A stretch of DNA of 64,000 bases from a virus (lineage: Duplodnaviria > Caudoviricetes): the IMG/VR virus record IMGVR_UViG_3300031414_000007, positions 146,532 through 210,531 of that record; one strand, 5' to 3'. The translations under genes were made by a program, and so were the position numbers. Each line of letters starts with the position of its first letter. Positions within the stretch are counted from its first letter, which is position 1. Below the pieces are notes generated by a model. The model saw nothing but the letters and a program-made list of their open reading frames with translations, searched no databases and had not been told where the DNA came from. Shown here piece by piece: positions 37,201-46,252 of this stretch.

Positions 37201-37580
37201 TTTACTGTGAGTAGTCACACAAGGATAAAGTCAGACAAATCTTAAACTCCAATAGGCTCTCAATCAAGAACATATTGGAGTCCACCCTAGCCAGATGACG
37301 GTCTAGCCAGGGCTTTCTCCCCGTGTCTTTCAATTGCACCGACACGGTAGCGCTCGCGGTCTTACGCTCTCTGCGGCTTGCGAACATATCGGCAGGTAGC
37401 AGGGTTCGCAGCCTAGAGCAGCCGCTTTCGGCCATTAGCGATAACGCGGTGTTACGCTAGTTGGCCTGACTCTGTGGCCGAGTCTGTACAAAAAAGAGTT
37501 CGGCCTATCCCCAAATTCGGCAAAAGAAACAGGCCGAACTAAACAGTCAGCGCAAACTCCCTATGCACTGTTTTGTACTG
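37200..37580 (-). ncRNA. Candidate large structured non-coding RNA (about 380 nt)
   Basis: At least eight stems in a gene-free gap; G-U pairs fit the minus strand; CTAATTT motif at 37585-37591 just upstream. Confidence 0.55.
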
Positions 37581-37584
37581 TAAC

Positions 37585-37591
37585 AAATTAG
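37585..37591 (-). promoter_or_regulatory. CTAATTT late-type box before the candidate ncRNA
   Basis: No ORF follows; the structured region begins about 7 nt downstream. Confidence 0.5.
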
Positions 37592-37619
37592 AAACATCCT
37601 GCAATAAATCAGACAATTC

Positions 37620-38207
37620 TTAGTCTAACATTGGAATAAGATTTTGCAGGAAATGCTCACGATCAAACGACGAAATTCTGTGCGGATGATCGATGTGCAT
37701 GTTCCATGGTTTGTTAAACAACAGGACGCTACGAGGCAGCACCAGTTGTTCACCGACGCGAGTGAACTTGTCACGCACGGCAGTAACAGGATTATCATCG
37801 ACAAGGACGTAGGTACCTTCGCCGTGTACTTCGTTCAGGTACGCAATCTTGTCAGGATGCTGGCGGCTATCCAAAACATGAATGTGATCGAACAACGACA
37901 GGTGCTTCTCCAAAGACTTGCGCGTGTTGCGCTCACCTTTATCATGATAGCCTCGATGCGTACAAATGCCTGCACTGAAACCATCACGTACCAACATCGC
38001 AACTGTCTGGATGAAGTAGTCACGCATGTTGGCTTCAAGCATAAAGCGTCCGTCTTCCAACATATCAATAAACGGCTGCTTACCATTCTCAGGCGTGATG
38101 TAGGAATCGGTGCCTGGATAGATCCCCCAGTTCATCAGATAACACAACATAAAGTTATGCGTGTCGAATGCTGTGTCGTCCATGTCGAAGAAAATCTTCT
38201 TAATCAT
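37620..38207 (-). CDS. HAD-family 5'(3')-deoxyribonucleotidase-like phosphatase
   Basis: Motif I FFDMDDT, motif II CTHR, K, motif IV LVDDNP, FNKPWN. Confidence 0.8.
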   Translation of the reverse strand: MIKKIFFDMDDTAFDTHNFMLCYLMNWGIYPGTDSYITPENGKQPFIDMLEDGRFMLEANMRDYFIQTVAMLVRDGFSAGICTHRGYHDKGERNTRKSLEKHLSLFDHIHVLDSRQHPDKIAYLNEVHGEGTYVLVDDNPVTAVRDKFTRVGEQLVLPRSVLLFNKPWNMHIDHPHRISSFDREHFLQNLIPMLD

Positions 38208-38551
38208 TAGTGCCTCGTACTTTTGACAACCAAAGGAATGTCATTGATGAAAGCGAGAGTTAGCAACTCACCGTTATGGCGCAATCGCATTTCATCGGCA
38301 TTCATTACGACAACAATATCGGCGAGAGGATCTACCTTGAACGTTGGGACTTCGATAAGCTGTGCTTCCACTTCGCTTTCTTCGTCGTCAACAACGTAAT
38401 AGCCTCCATACATTAATACAGTGTCACCCGAATCTACAAGATGACCAACGATACACTCGTCACCATCAATAACCATATGCAGTGGTTGATCGATGTAGTA
38501 ACCGTTACCGTCATCTGAGTCGAACTCAAAGTCGAAGTCCTCGTCGCCCAT
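38207..38551 (-). CDS. Acidic hypothetical protein
   Basis: 114 aa, coupled to the HAD gene. Confidence 0.6.
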   Translation of the reverse strand: MGDEDFDFEFDSDDGNGYYIDQPLHMVIDGDECIVGHLVDSGDTVLMYGGYYVVDDEESEVEAQLIEVPTFKVDPLADIVVVMNADEMRLRHNGELLTLAFINDIPLVVKSTRH

Positions 38552-38554
38552 AGT

Positions 38555-39130
38555 CTATGCCCTCAAATCAACCAAGATAGATGCAGACAAATCTCGGAGC
38601 ATGTCACGACCGAGAGGTGTGTACATTGTTTGGGAAACTACAATTCGTTCAAGGAAGAGGCGAGAACTGATAACGTCCTGCCCTGTGCGCTGTTGAACGA
38701 AATCAATGATGGCTGATGGTGGTTGAATGAGGAACGTTAAGATCTCAGCGTCGTGCAGGACGCTACCCATCTCTGTAACAGGACGCATCTCTGTTTCCTG
38801 ATCGAGAATGTATGAGATCACACGGTCTTCATTACCAATATTGCGATGTGTTTTAAAGAACTTGCGAGCAGCACTCACGGTGCGCATAAAATCGTAGTCC
38901 GAAGAAGTCGGCATACGGAGAAAGAGTGAAGCTAAGAGCAGGTTTATTTCTAACTGCGGGCCTTGCTCGATGTTTAACATGGCATGAGAGGTCAGTACCA
39001 CATCTAACGAGAAGTCACGAGTGTAGAGCGGGTGAGAGTTCGCTGTCTGATCAAAGTAGTCGAGAGCCATGTGCAGCCCTCGACGTTTTAACAGGTGCTC
39101 TGCCTTGATACGGTTCAGGCGGTGCATCAC
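38555..39130 (-). CDS. Hypothetical protein, possible degenerate HD-domain fold
   Basis: Helical; LLLASLF and LHDAE at HD-like spacing, but the HD dyad is missing. Confidence 0.4.
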   Translation of the reverse strand: MMHRLNRIKAEHLLKRRGLHMALDYFDQTANSHPLYTRDFSLDVVLTSHAMLNIEQGPQLEINLLLASLFLRMPTSSDYDFMRTVSAARKFFKTHRNIGNEDRVISYILDQETEMRPVTEMGSVLHDAEILTFLIQPPSAIIDFVQQRTGQDVISSRLFLERIVVSQTMYTPLGRDMLRDLSASILVDLRA

Positions 39131-40101
39131 TCGGCGCCACGAATCTCTTTGAGAGAGTTCTTGATCGCTTTACGCAGCGTCTTACCAGTGTCGATGCCGT
39201 CGATGTGACGAGCGAACACATTCGCAAACAACGTGGTAGGATTCTTCATGATTGCTTTGTCGAGATCAGGACGACCCTCAGCAATCTGAATCTCACCAGG
39301 CCAGAGTTCAGCAACTGCCTGACTGTCGTTAGCGGCAATCAGCTCCAGCTCACGGACCGAGATACTGTTCTGGCGAGCAATCGTACGGAAGATCATGTCA
39401 ACGAAAGGAAGCAGGTCTTCGGACACAACGTTCTTCACGTCTTTCGCATCACCAGCTCGCTGGAAATCTTCCAGCAGACCTTCGAGGTGAGTCTGCGTGA
39501 TCTTCTGGACGTTACGCAGTTTCTTGAACAGCATCATCCAGCGCACTTTGCGTTTGGAACTCAGCAGGTGAGTCCACACTGATTCGCCTAAGGCAATCAT
39601 CAGTTTGTTGTAGACGTCAACCGATACGCAATCACGATCAACAAAGACCGTGATCTCGTCATGCCACTCGTCCTTCTTGAACTTGGTTCGGAAGGAGTGA
39701 GTCTTCGACCCTGACTGCTGGACGAAGTTGATTTGCTTGCAGCGACGAATAGCTTCCTGAAGGCCATACTTAGCAATCACCTTCGGAAGTTTTTTCACTG
39801 CCAGACGACAGGCTTTAGCGACTTCTGCTTCGCGCCCGTAGAGAGCGAGGCGAGGCAGACCACCATAGACAGGCATTGATGCGTAAGGTCGGACAGTGAC
39901 GCCACACACGGACATACCCGGCTCAGGGTCTGGACCCAAGACCGCAAGCACGTCACCTGCCTTAGGACTGAACTTGATCGTTTCTGTTTCCGGCGCACCA
40001 AGCGTGTTAGCCAGAATGCCAACAGTGTTGCCGGTTGCCAGAACAAGATGATTCTTATTACCCTGCCTTACGACAAGGTAATCATTTTCACTATGTTTCA
40101 T
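39127..40101 (-). CDS. Hypothetical protein
   Basis: 324 aa with phage-typical codon usage. Confidence 0.7.
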   Translation of the reverse strand: MKHSENDYLVVRQGNKNHLVLATGNTVGILANTLGAPETETIKFSPKAGDVLAVLGPDPEPGMSVCGVTVRPYASMPVYGGLPRLALYGREAEVAKACRLAVKKLPKVIAKYGLQEAIRRCKQINFVQQSGSKTHSFRTKFKKDEWHDEITVFVDRDCVSVDVYNKLMIALGESVWTHLLSSKRKVRWMMLFKKLRNVQKITQTHLEGLLEDFQRAGDAKDVKNVVSEDLLPFVDMIFRTIARQNSISVRELELIAANDSQAVAELWPGEIQIAEGRPDLDKAIMKNPTTLFANVFARHIDGIDTGKTLRKAIKNSLKEIRGAE

Positions 40102-40109
40102 AACGGCCT

Positions 40110-40628
40110 TTAAAAGATTGAGTCAGCGATATTGTAGGTGTGGACTTCCGCGGTATGCTGACGGAAGATACGACCTTCGGATTGCTCGAACGTTGCAGGA
40201 CGCCAGTCTTCTTTGGCTTCAATGGAGACGATGACTTGCTCGTCCCACATATCACCATCTTCGAGAGTCCCGGCGATCATACGAAGCGCAGCAGGTCGGT
40301 CTTTGCCGAGATGCGCCAGCTCCGCAATCATGACACGCGGCTTGGTACGATCACCAAGTTCATCGAGCGCCCAGCCAAGCTCAGACAGAGAACGAATCTG
40401 GTACGCTTCGACTTGAGCGTTACCACGATACTCGTCTGGTCCGAAATAAACAATTTCAAAATCGTTGACGTCGGTTTGACTGACAAAGAAGTGAGGTGCG
40501 TCCACCATAATAGAAGGTGAGGCGCACATCTGGAGCATGCCCATATATGGATTAGGAATCTCACGGGCTTCTACCGAACAGGACTTCCCAGCAAAACTTT
40601 GGATTATGCTGTGTGCGAGATTATTCAT
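40110..40628 (-). CDS. Hypothetical protein
   Basis: Start moved to ATG 40628 (MNNLAHS) after GAGG; removes the overlap with the 64-aa ORF. Confidence 0.6.
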   Translation of the reverse strand: MNNLAHSIIQSFAGKSCSVEAREIPNPYMGMLQMCASPSIMVDAPHFFVSQTDVNDFEIVYFGPDEYRGNAQVEAYQIRSLSELGWALDELGDRTKPRVMIAELAHLGKDRPAALRMIAGTLEDGDMWDEQVIVSIEAKEDWRPATFEQSEGRIFRQHTAEVHTYNIADSIF

Positions 40629-40635
40629 TGTAACC

Positions 40636-40830
40636 TCAGTTCTCAGGAGTAGGTTTGGCAGGGCTTGGCGTATACATAAAACCATAGCCCACCATTTTGT
40701 TTTGTTGACGCTTTGCTTGCTGCTTGCGTTTGATCTCGGCGTCACGCTTGTCCAGCTCGTCAAAGATACCTACGCGGCGAGCATAACGAAACTTCGGATG
40801 TACGGAGATATGTTTGACGATAGCTGTCAT
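40636..40830 (-). CDS. Small basic hypothetical protein
   Basis: 64 aa, GAGGA RBS and CTGTAAA motif upstream. Confidence 0.55.
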   Translation of the reverse strand: MTAIVKHISVHPKFRYARRVGIFDELDKRDAEIKRKQQAKRQQNKMVGYGFMYTPSPAKPTPEN

Positions 40831-40858
40831 GCGTTATTCCTCTATGTTGATTGCTGTT

Positions 40859-40867
40859 AGTTTACAG
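40859..40867 (-). promoter_or_regulatory. CTGTAAACT box upstream of the 64-aa ORF
   Basis: Core CTGTAAA retained. Confidence 0.5.
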
Positions 40868-40869
40868 TA

Positions 40870-41394
40870 TCAATCACTCTTGCCCATTTGGCGTTCGAGC
40901 ACGTAAGCCAGATAGTCATCCCACGTAGCGAAACCATCTTTGGCCAACATACGGTCAAACTCGCGGTCAGACTTAGATCCCTTAGGAAAGCGAATCTTGT
41001 TGGACAATCGTTGCAGTCGGTCGTACATGAACCGAGACTGTTTGACAATCGGGTTCTTTTCCGGCAAGTGATTTTGCAACAGCTTGTAACTGAACACCAA
41101 CGGAAAATCTTTGTTAGGTACTGTCTCTCCTAGCAAACGATGCACCGTGTTCAGGTACTGCTCGATTTGCGCGTGACATTCCTGGTGAGCGTAGTACCAG
41201 TCGTCCAGTGATGCAAGTCCATAAGTTTCCTCATAAACCATTGCGTCATACATGACCATGAGAATCGGCTTCTCTTCCTTCTTTTCTTTGTACGCCTGAA
41301 ACAAAACTGGGCAAGTCCCATATTTGTTTTGCAGCATCGTTTCCAAGATTGCTGCGAAGCGTACAACTTCATATTCGGTAAGTACCTTACTCAT
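40870..41394 (-). CDS. Hypothetical protein
   Basis: 174 aa, GGAG RBS. Confidence 0.65.
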   Translation of the reverse strand: MSKVLTEYEVVRFAAILETMLQNKYGTCPVLFQAYKEKKEEKPILMVMYDAMVYEETYGLASLDDWYYAHQECHAQIEQYLNTVHRLLGETVPNKDFPLVFSYKLLQNHLPEKNPIVKQSRFMYDRLQRLSNKIRFPKGSKSDREFDRMLAKDGFATWDDYLAYVLERQMGKSD

Positions 41395-41397
41395 ACT

Positions 41398-43014
41398 TCA
41401 CTCCGAGAATATCTTTTTGTCAGAAAACTTCTTGAGCACAAACTCGGCACAATCGCTCGTCACGCTGTCTCCATCAACGCAGAGTAGCGCACCGTCATGC
41501 TCAAGGGAATACACACCCTTGACGTTCGGACAATTAAGAATAGCATCGAACAAATACAAACTCTCCCAGCCAGACAGCATGTGGTTGAGAATGCGTTTGT
41601 CAATCTTCTTGCCTGTGTCGTCAGGATCAGGATCGTAGTTAGATCCTGTCGGGCACTGGAGTACCCCATACTCGGGTCTTCGTGCATTTTTATTCTTGCG
41701 GAACTTAGACCGATACACGTTAAGCAATTCTTTGATCGCAAGATACAGAGGAGTCATCCTCGTGTTCCAGTCTAAGATTTCCTCTTTCACTCTCGAAGCT
41801 GGTACGAAGCGAGCTAACTCTTTATAGACGTTGCTGTACTTCGTTGGTTCAAGTTGACCTGCCGAAAAAATTGTACCATACAAACAAACCTTGGCTGCGC
41901 GTCTGTCAAGTTTCATAATGCGGCTAATGTCGTCAACAGAACTAATCTGGTCGAACATCGCACACGCAATACCGTAAGCGTCAAACTCCCTACGCAACAC
42001 GTTGAACTGGCTGGACTTCATATCCCAGTTAGTGCCAATCGTGTAGCACTGCTCCTTCAAGTCCGAAGGTAAGTTCTGGAACCCACCACCGACCTCGAAC
42101 AATCGCCCGCCAATCTGAGACAGCCTATACTTCGGCCAGTAGCGAACGACAAGAGGTTTCTCGCTAACGATCTGAACAGGACCCGACACTATGGTATCGA
42201 GTAACGTTTTCACCTGCAGGTATTGCTTCTTCGCCTTGTGATTAGCAATCAACGATTTGTCTTCTAAATAAGCAAGTATAGGGTCGATGTTCACTTCATT
42301 AGGCATCAGCTTATCAAGTACCTGTCGATAAAGAGCACGGCCACTAAGCACCTTAGAGTTTCCTCTGTCTCGGTTGCGATCAAGCGAACTAAGATCGTGC
42401 GTAGGGCGTTTGAAAGGCAGCTTAGAATTTTTCTGAATCTGTGACCACACTGTCACACCATAATCCTCTCTTAAAATTTTAAGAGGACTATAGAAACGAA
42501 TGCGGTACAAAATATCGTAATGCGACTGCGGCTTAAAATGCCCGTACATCCCGTCTAAGATTTCAGGACGCATCCTAAACTCCCGACTAAGGCCCTTTTC
42601 TTTGTTGTAAGGCTTCGTTTCAAATACGTTAGCCATCAACCACTCAAGGGACCTACCGTACGTGCCTTTTTTAGACTTGGCATATCGCCCGACAGCAACA
42701 TTATCGCCACCTCGCTTGTGTCCGAAGACCATCGGTAGCTTTTCTTTTCCTAATGAGCTTGGAAACGGCACCCAGACCCGTCCAAACTTCTTTTTCTTGT
42801 GTTTACGTGCAGGATAAAGACTGCATTGAAGAATGTGCCAGAAGAATAAGTTCAATTGAGCACGAAACTCAGATCGCTCGCTCTCGGGGCCGTCGTAGGG
42901 ACAGGCATCAAGAACATGTTTTCGCACCCACAAAACAACTTCCTTCTCCTGGTAAGAGGGGTTCGTGATTAATACTGGCCCCTGACCGGAAACGATTCGT
43001 TTTTTCATGTTCAC
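41398..43014 (-). CDS. Minimal superfamily-A polymerase-fold protein (no exonuclease domain)
   Basis: GGRLF..GGGFQNLP, motif A WDMKSSQ, motif B RRAAKVCLYGTIF, motif C LEHDG, in correct order and spacing. Confidence 0.6.
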   Translation of the reverse strand: MNMKKRIVSGQGPVLITNPSYQEKEVVLWVRKHVLDACPYDGPESERSEFRAQLNLFFWHILQCSLYPARKHKKKKFGRVWVPFPSSLGKEKLPMVFGHKRGGDNVAVGRYAKSKKGTYGRSLEWLMANVFETKPYNKEKGLSREFRMRPEILDGMYGHFKPQSHYDILYRIRFYSPLKILREDYGVTVWSQIQKNSKLPFKRPTHDLSSLDRNRDRGNSKVLSGRALYRQVLDKLMPNEVNIDPILAYLEDKSLIANHKAKKQYLQVKTLLDTIVSGPVQIVSEKPLVVRYWPKYRLSQIGGRLFEVGGGFQNLPSDLKEQCYTIGTNWDMKSSQFNVLRREFDAYGIACAMFDQISSVDDISRIMKLDRRAAKVCLYGTIFSAGQLEPTKYSNVYKELARFVPASRVKEEILDWNTRMTPLYLAIKELLNVYRSKFRKNKNARRPEYGVLQCPTGSNYDPDPDDTGKKIDKRILNHMLSGWESLYLFDAILNCPNVKGVYSLEHDGALLCVDGDSVTSDCAEFVLKKFSDKKIFSE

Positions 43015-43406
43015 ATCATGATTACCTGATTTTTCTATCGTTTCTTTACAGTTTCAGACAACTCTTAACCCGAAAGCTACTACAGCGCTAATGCTAGGAA
43101 GGCTAAGGCTACAGCAGGCTTGCTACAACGCTCATGGCATGCTTCAACAATAGTTCTACAGGTACATCTTTAGGCGGCACGTTTCAGAGACATAGAAAAT
43201 AAAGAAACCATGTCCTCAGCAGCCCGAACTATAGTCCATACGCACTATAGGCAGCGATCTAGCGGAAATCCCTAGGTCGTCTAAACCGTGTAAATTTTCC
43301 GTCAAAAACAGTCCGTTTTTTAACCAAACGCCCTTTTTGACTCTGAAAATGAGGAAAATCCGAGAAAAATCAAGGACTTTCCCCTCTTTTGAAACGAAAA
43401 ATCAGA
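43015..43406. other. Non-coding locus with short repeats and helically phased A/T tracts; candidate replication origin or packaging site
   Basis: Six GCTA copies in 43076-43125, ACTATAG twice, eleven A/T tracts about 10.4 bp apart in 43292-43401. Confidence 0.45.
43043..43051 (-). promoter_or_regulatory. CTGTAAAGA box upstream of the PolA-fold gene
   Basis: Core CTGTAAA retained. Confidence 0.5.
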
Positions 43407-44066
43407 TCACTTTTTCTGTGAGACGCGTTTTCCGAGCTTAATCCCGATTTGAGTCAGAATTTTCTTAACTGTTTCACCGTCATGCTCTTCCATAGCAGTG
43501 GCTAGGCGTTCGCCCTGTTCGCGCGATAGCTCAGGCATAACCATTTTAAGCATCTGCGAACGCAGTTTTGCGCTCTTTGATTTGCCTTTCGAGACAGACA
43601 CGCCTTCATTCGCCTTAAGCGCACTGCTAATCGCTTTCTGCACACGACGATCACCAAAAATGTCGCCGAATATGTCACCGAACAGGTCCTTGAACGACAA
43701 TCCGCCGCCCATAATGTCGTCTTTCGTGAAACGAACAGGCACACCCAGCGCATTCACTTTATTGCAATGCACCGATTCAACCTGATTCGTTGTACGTCCA
43801 CCGGCAAGGAAGTTCTCGTCAGGGCGTGACGCTTTGCCCTCAGCGCCCGGCTTACTATTGCCGTTGCGTAAATCCGGGTCGCCTTCAACCTGTTTGTTTT
43901 GATCAAACATATCGTCGGCTGTTTCGCTTTGATTTGGGTCGAACGGGATCTTGCCTGTCAGCTTGTTTGCGTCAGGCCAGCTATCAGGAATATCAGAAGC
44001 AGGCTGTGCCTTGTTCGTCATATCACCGTTCGCTTCACCACTCAAACTGATCTTAATACGAGCCAT
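43407..44066 (-). CDS. Tagged probable virion protein
   Basis: 219 aa, starts MARIKISLSG; internal VSVSK. Confidence 0.6.
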   Translation of the reverse strand: MARIKISLSGEANGDMTNKAQPASDIPDSWPDANKLTGKIPFDPNQSETADDMFDQNKQVEGDPDLRNGNSKPGAEGKASRPDENFLAGGRTTNQVESVHCNKVNALGVPVRFTKDDIMGGGLSFKDLFGDIFGDIFGDRRVQKAISSALKANEGVSVSKGKSKSAKLRSQMLKMVMPELSREQGERLATAMEEHDGETVKKILTQIGIKLGKRVSQKK

Positions 44067-44075
44067 GCTAATCTC

Positions 44076-45185
44076 CTATCGAATTTTATAGCCTTTGAAA
44101 ATGTTATACGCAATCTCTTTGCGCTGTACGGGACGAGTGACGCACACCCATTCCCACTGATCGTTTTTCGCTGTGCGTTTCTTCGGTGCTTCCATAACTT
44201 TCAGCACGTAGTTTTTGAAAGGCAGAACGAGAATGTCTTCCGGCTCAATCGCGCCGCTGCGAGCAGGCAGAACTACCGTGATGTTGCCGACAGTCAGTTC
44301 CTGATCGTAGTTGAGCACGTTTGCTTCTTCGCTGATGTTGCCTTTAACAGGCGGAACACCTAAGTCAAAGATCATGGTGCAGTGCGTGAATGCCTCAATG
44401 CCTTTGACGCGAATCGTTACATGCTTGCCGCGCCAGCGTTCCAGATTCTCTGCTGTCAGATCGACTTCAACGCCGTTCACTAGCAGCATAGGACGTGGGA
44501 AAGCAGGAAGCAGAGTTTCATTCAGACGTACCGAATAAGTCGCCTGCGTAAAGTATTTTGGAATAAGCTGATCAAAATCAGCGTAGCCGTCTTTACGTAC
44601 CTGCCTGAATGTTGCGGGGCTGGTGGACTGATCAAGAGTATAGCCAGTCAGCTCTTTAATGTGATGATGCGTAGCGATGTTGTAGACAAAGCCAGTGCTG
44701 ATAAAGCCGGGCACAACACCCTGACGGAAACAGATACCGCAGTTCGCAACGTTGCCGCCGTCCCATTTAACGTCGAACTCCTCACCTGAGTCTACGCCCA
44801 TGATATCGGCTGCGTCCATAACGGCGTTCATGCCATCATCAATATCGTCGAGGGTTACTGCTTGACGTCCACCGCCAAACATGCCCTTGCCTACGGTATC
44901 GATCTTAACGCCGCCTGACATTGAATCAGATTCTCGGCCAAGGCTTTTCATGCCTGCCGGAATATTGTCCATAATGTCGTTCTCAACCTTGTTGCAACTA
45001 CAGGTGAGACCCATCTTCGCTTTCTTGAAGATGACAATATCGGTGGCGTCAACCGCAAGCGCCTGTTCGACTTTGGATTGCACGACCTTCTGAATACTGT
45101 CGAGGCGTTGCTGGACACGTTCAGTTTCGTAGGTCTTGTGCCTGTCATAGGTATTTCGTGGTCTCCCACGTTCAATCCAGCTCAT
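44076..45185 (-). CDS. Probable virion structural protein with CxC/CxxC motifs (possible neck/head-closure)
   Basis: 369 aa; CSC...CGICFRQG; CTAATTT upstream. Confidence 0.45.
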   Translation of the reverse strand: MSWIERGRPRNTYDRHKTYETERVQQRLDSIQKVVQSKVEQALAVDATDIVIFKKAKMGLTCSCNKVENDIMDNIPAGMKSLGRESDSMSGGVKIDTVGKGMFGGGRQAVTLDDIDDGMNAVMDAADIMGVDSGEEFDVKWDGGNVANCGICFRQGVVPGFISTGFVYNIATHHHIKELTGYTLDQSTSPATFRQVRKDGYADFDQLIPKYFTQATYSVRLNETLLPAFPRPMLLVNGVEVDLTAENLERWRGKHVTIRVKGIEAFTHCTMIFDLGVPPVKGNISEEANVLNYDQELTVGNITVVLPARSGAIEPEDILVLPFKNYVLKVMEAPKKRTAKNDQWEWVCVTRPVQRKEIAYNIFKGYKIR

Positions 45186-45208
45186 AAAAGTTCTCCTCTG
45201 TGTGCTTG

Positions 45209-45215
45209 AAATTAG
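45209..45215 (-). promoter_or_regulatory. CTAATTT late-type box
   Basis: Intergenic, before 45185. Confidence 0.55.
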
Positions 45216-45284
45216 TGACTAAGAATTTAGGACCTTCTGCCTAGCAAATACTTATTTATAGCATGTTAAATCACGGAGCCTAAC

Positions 45285-45833
45285 ATGCGTATTCTTTCAG
45301 GCGACCCGGGAAAGGTTAACTTCGCGTTGTCTGTTCAGGAGTTTAAGGACAATCGCATTAACATACTCGGCACCCGGATGTTTCAGCATCCTATTCAAAA
45401 CCTGCATTACGATATGCGCCAGCCGGTCAAAGAGTTCATGAAGGAACTCGAAGACATATGGAAGCGCTATGGACCGTTTGATGCGATGTGCTTTGAACGA
45501 TTCCAGTCGCGCGGATTGGGCGGCAACACCATTGAAGCAATCAGTCTTATGCTTGGTGTGCTGTCAATGTTCGCGCTGAAAAAGAATTGCCCGATCGATT
45601 TGATCACGGCCAGTCAGTGGAAGAACGCGTTTAACCGCACTATGGACCTAAAGGGCTATTACGCGGAATACAATCTGACTTCGAAAAAGAGCCGCAAAGC
45701 GATTCACGAATTTGACGCAAGCCTTATTGGCATGTATACCTTCTACCGACAGACGAATCGGAAACCTTTTGTGGGCTTCAACAGAATCGTTGACGTTTAC
45801 GTTCCGAAGTTCTTGGCAGCACCTGTACTGTGA
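45285..45833 (+). CDS. ruvC: RuvC-like Holliday junction resolvase
   Basis: ILSGDPG, CFERFQ, TASQWK, HEFDASLIG (RNase H fold acidic tetrad). Confidence 0.85.
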   Translation: MRILSGDPGKVNFALSVQEFKDNRINILGTRMFQHPIQNLHYDMRQPVKEFMKELEDIWKRYGPFDAMCFERFQSRGLGGNTIEAISLMLGVLSMFALKKNCPIDLITASQWKNAFNRTMDLKGYYAEYNLTSKKSRKAIHEFDASLIGMYTFYRQTNRKPFVGFNRIVDVYVPKFLAAPVL

Positions 45834-45840
45834 GGCAAAC

Positions 45841-46206
45841 ATGAAACACGAACAACTGCTCGCTCTCGTTAAAGATGTAGTGTCTGAATTTGGCACTCCT
45901 GTATACCTCGATCGTGGTCAGGTTGGCGAGAACAGCCGCACGTATGCCACTATCGAAACTCTGATCAACGTTCAGTCCGACGCACAAGGCACGACGCTGC
46001 TGCAAGATCTGAAAGCGAAGATCGCAGAGTATGTTGAACTGCTGCGTACCGAAGGCACGACGCGCTCTATTGACGGAGCCGTTCAGCGCCTGGAACCTGT
46101 TACTCAGGGTCAGAAGTTTACCTACCGCGACCCGATGGTAAACGAAATTCCCAACGGTGTGCTGTACTCTGTCTCCATTGGTTTTCCCATGTTTGTGGCC
46201 AATTAA
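45841..46206 (+). CDS. Hypothetical protein
   Basis: Start moved to ATG 45841 (MKHEQLL) after GAGG. Confidence 0.6.
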   Translation: MKHEQLLALVKDVVSEFGTPVYLDRGQVGENSRTYATIETLINVQSDAQGTTLLQDLKAKIAEYVELLRTEGTTRSIDGAVQRLEPVTQGQKFTYRDPMVNEIPNGVLYSVSIGFPMFVAN

Positions 46207-46207
46207 T

Positions 46208-46216
46208 CTGTAAATA
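46208..46216 (+). promoter_or_regulatory. CTGTAAATA box upstream of 46253
   Basis: Exact motif. Confidence 0.65.
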
Positions 46217-46252
46217 TCCTTACTTGGTTAACATGGCTCGTGGGATATAGAA

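Noticed and set aside
37202-37435. 77-aa ORF inside the structured gap
   Set aside because: No RBS, atypical composition, and it covers only part of the stem array; RNA structure explains the region better.
37200-37580. tmRNA, RNase P, tRNA or self-splicing intron as the identity of the structured region
   Set aside because: No acceptor stem/T-arm/CCA end, no RNase P P4 pair, and no group I P7 or group II domain V signature visible; an Infernal scan is still needed.
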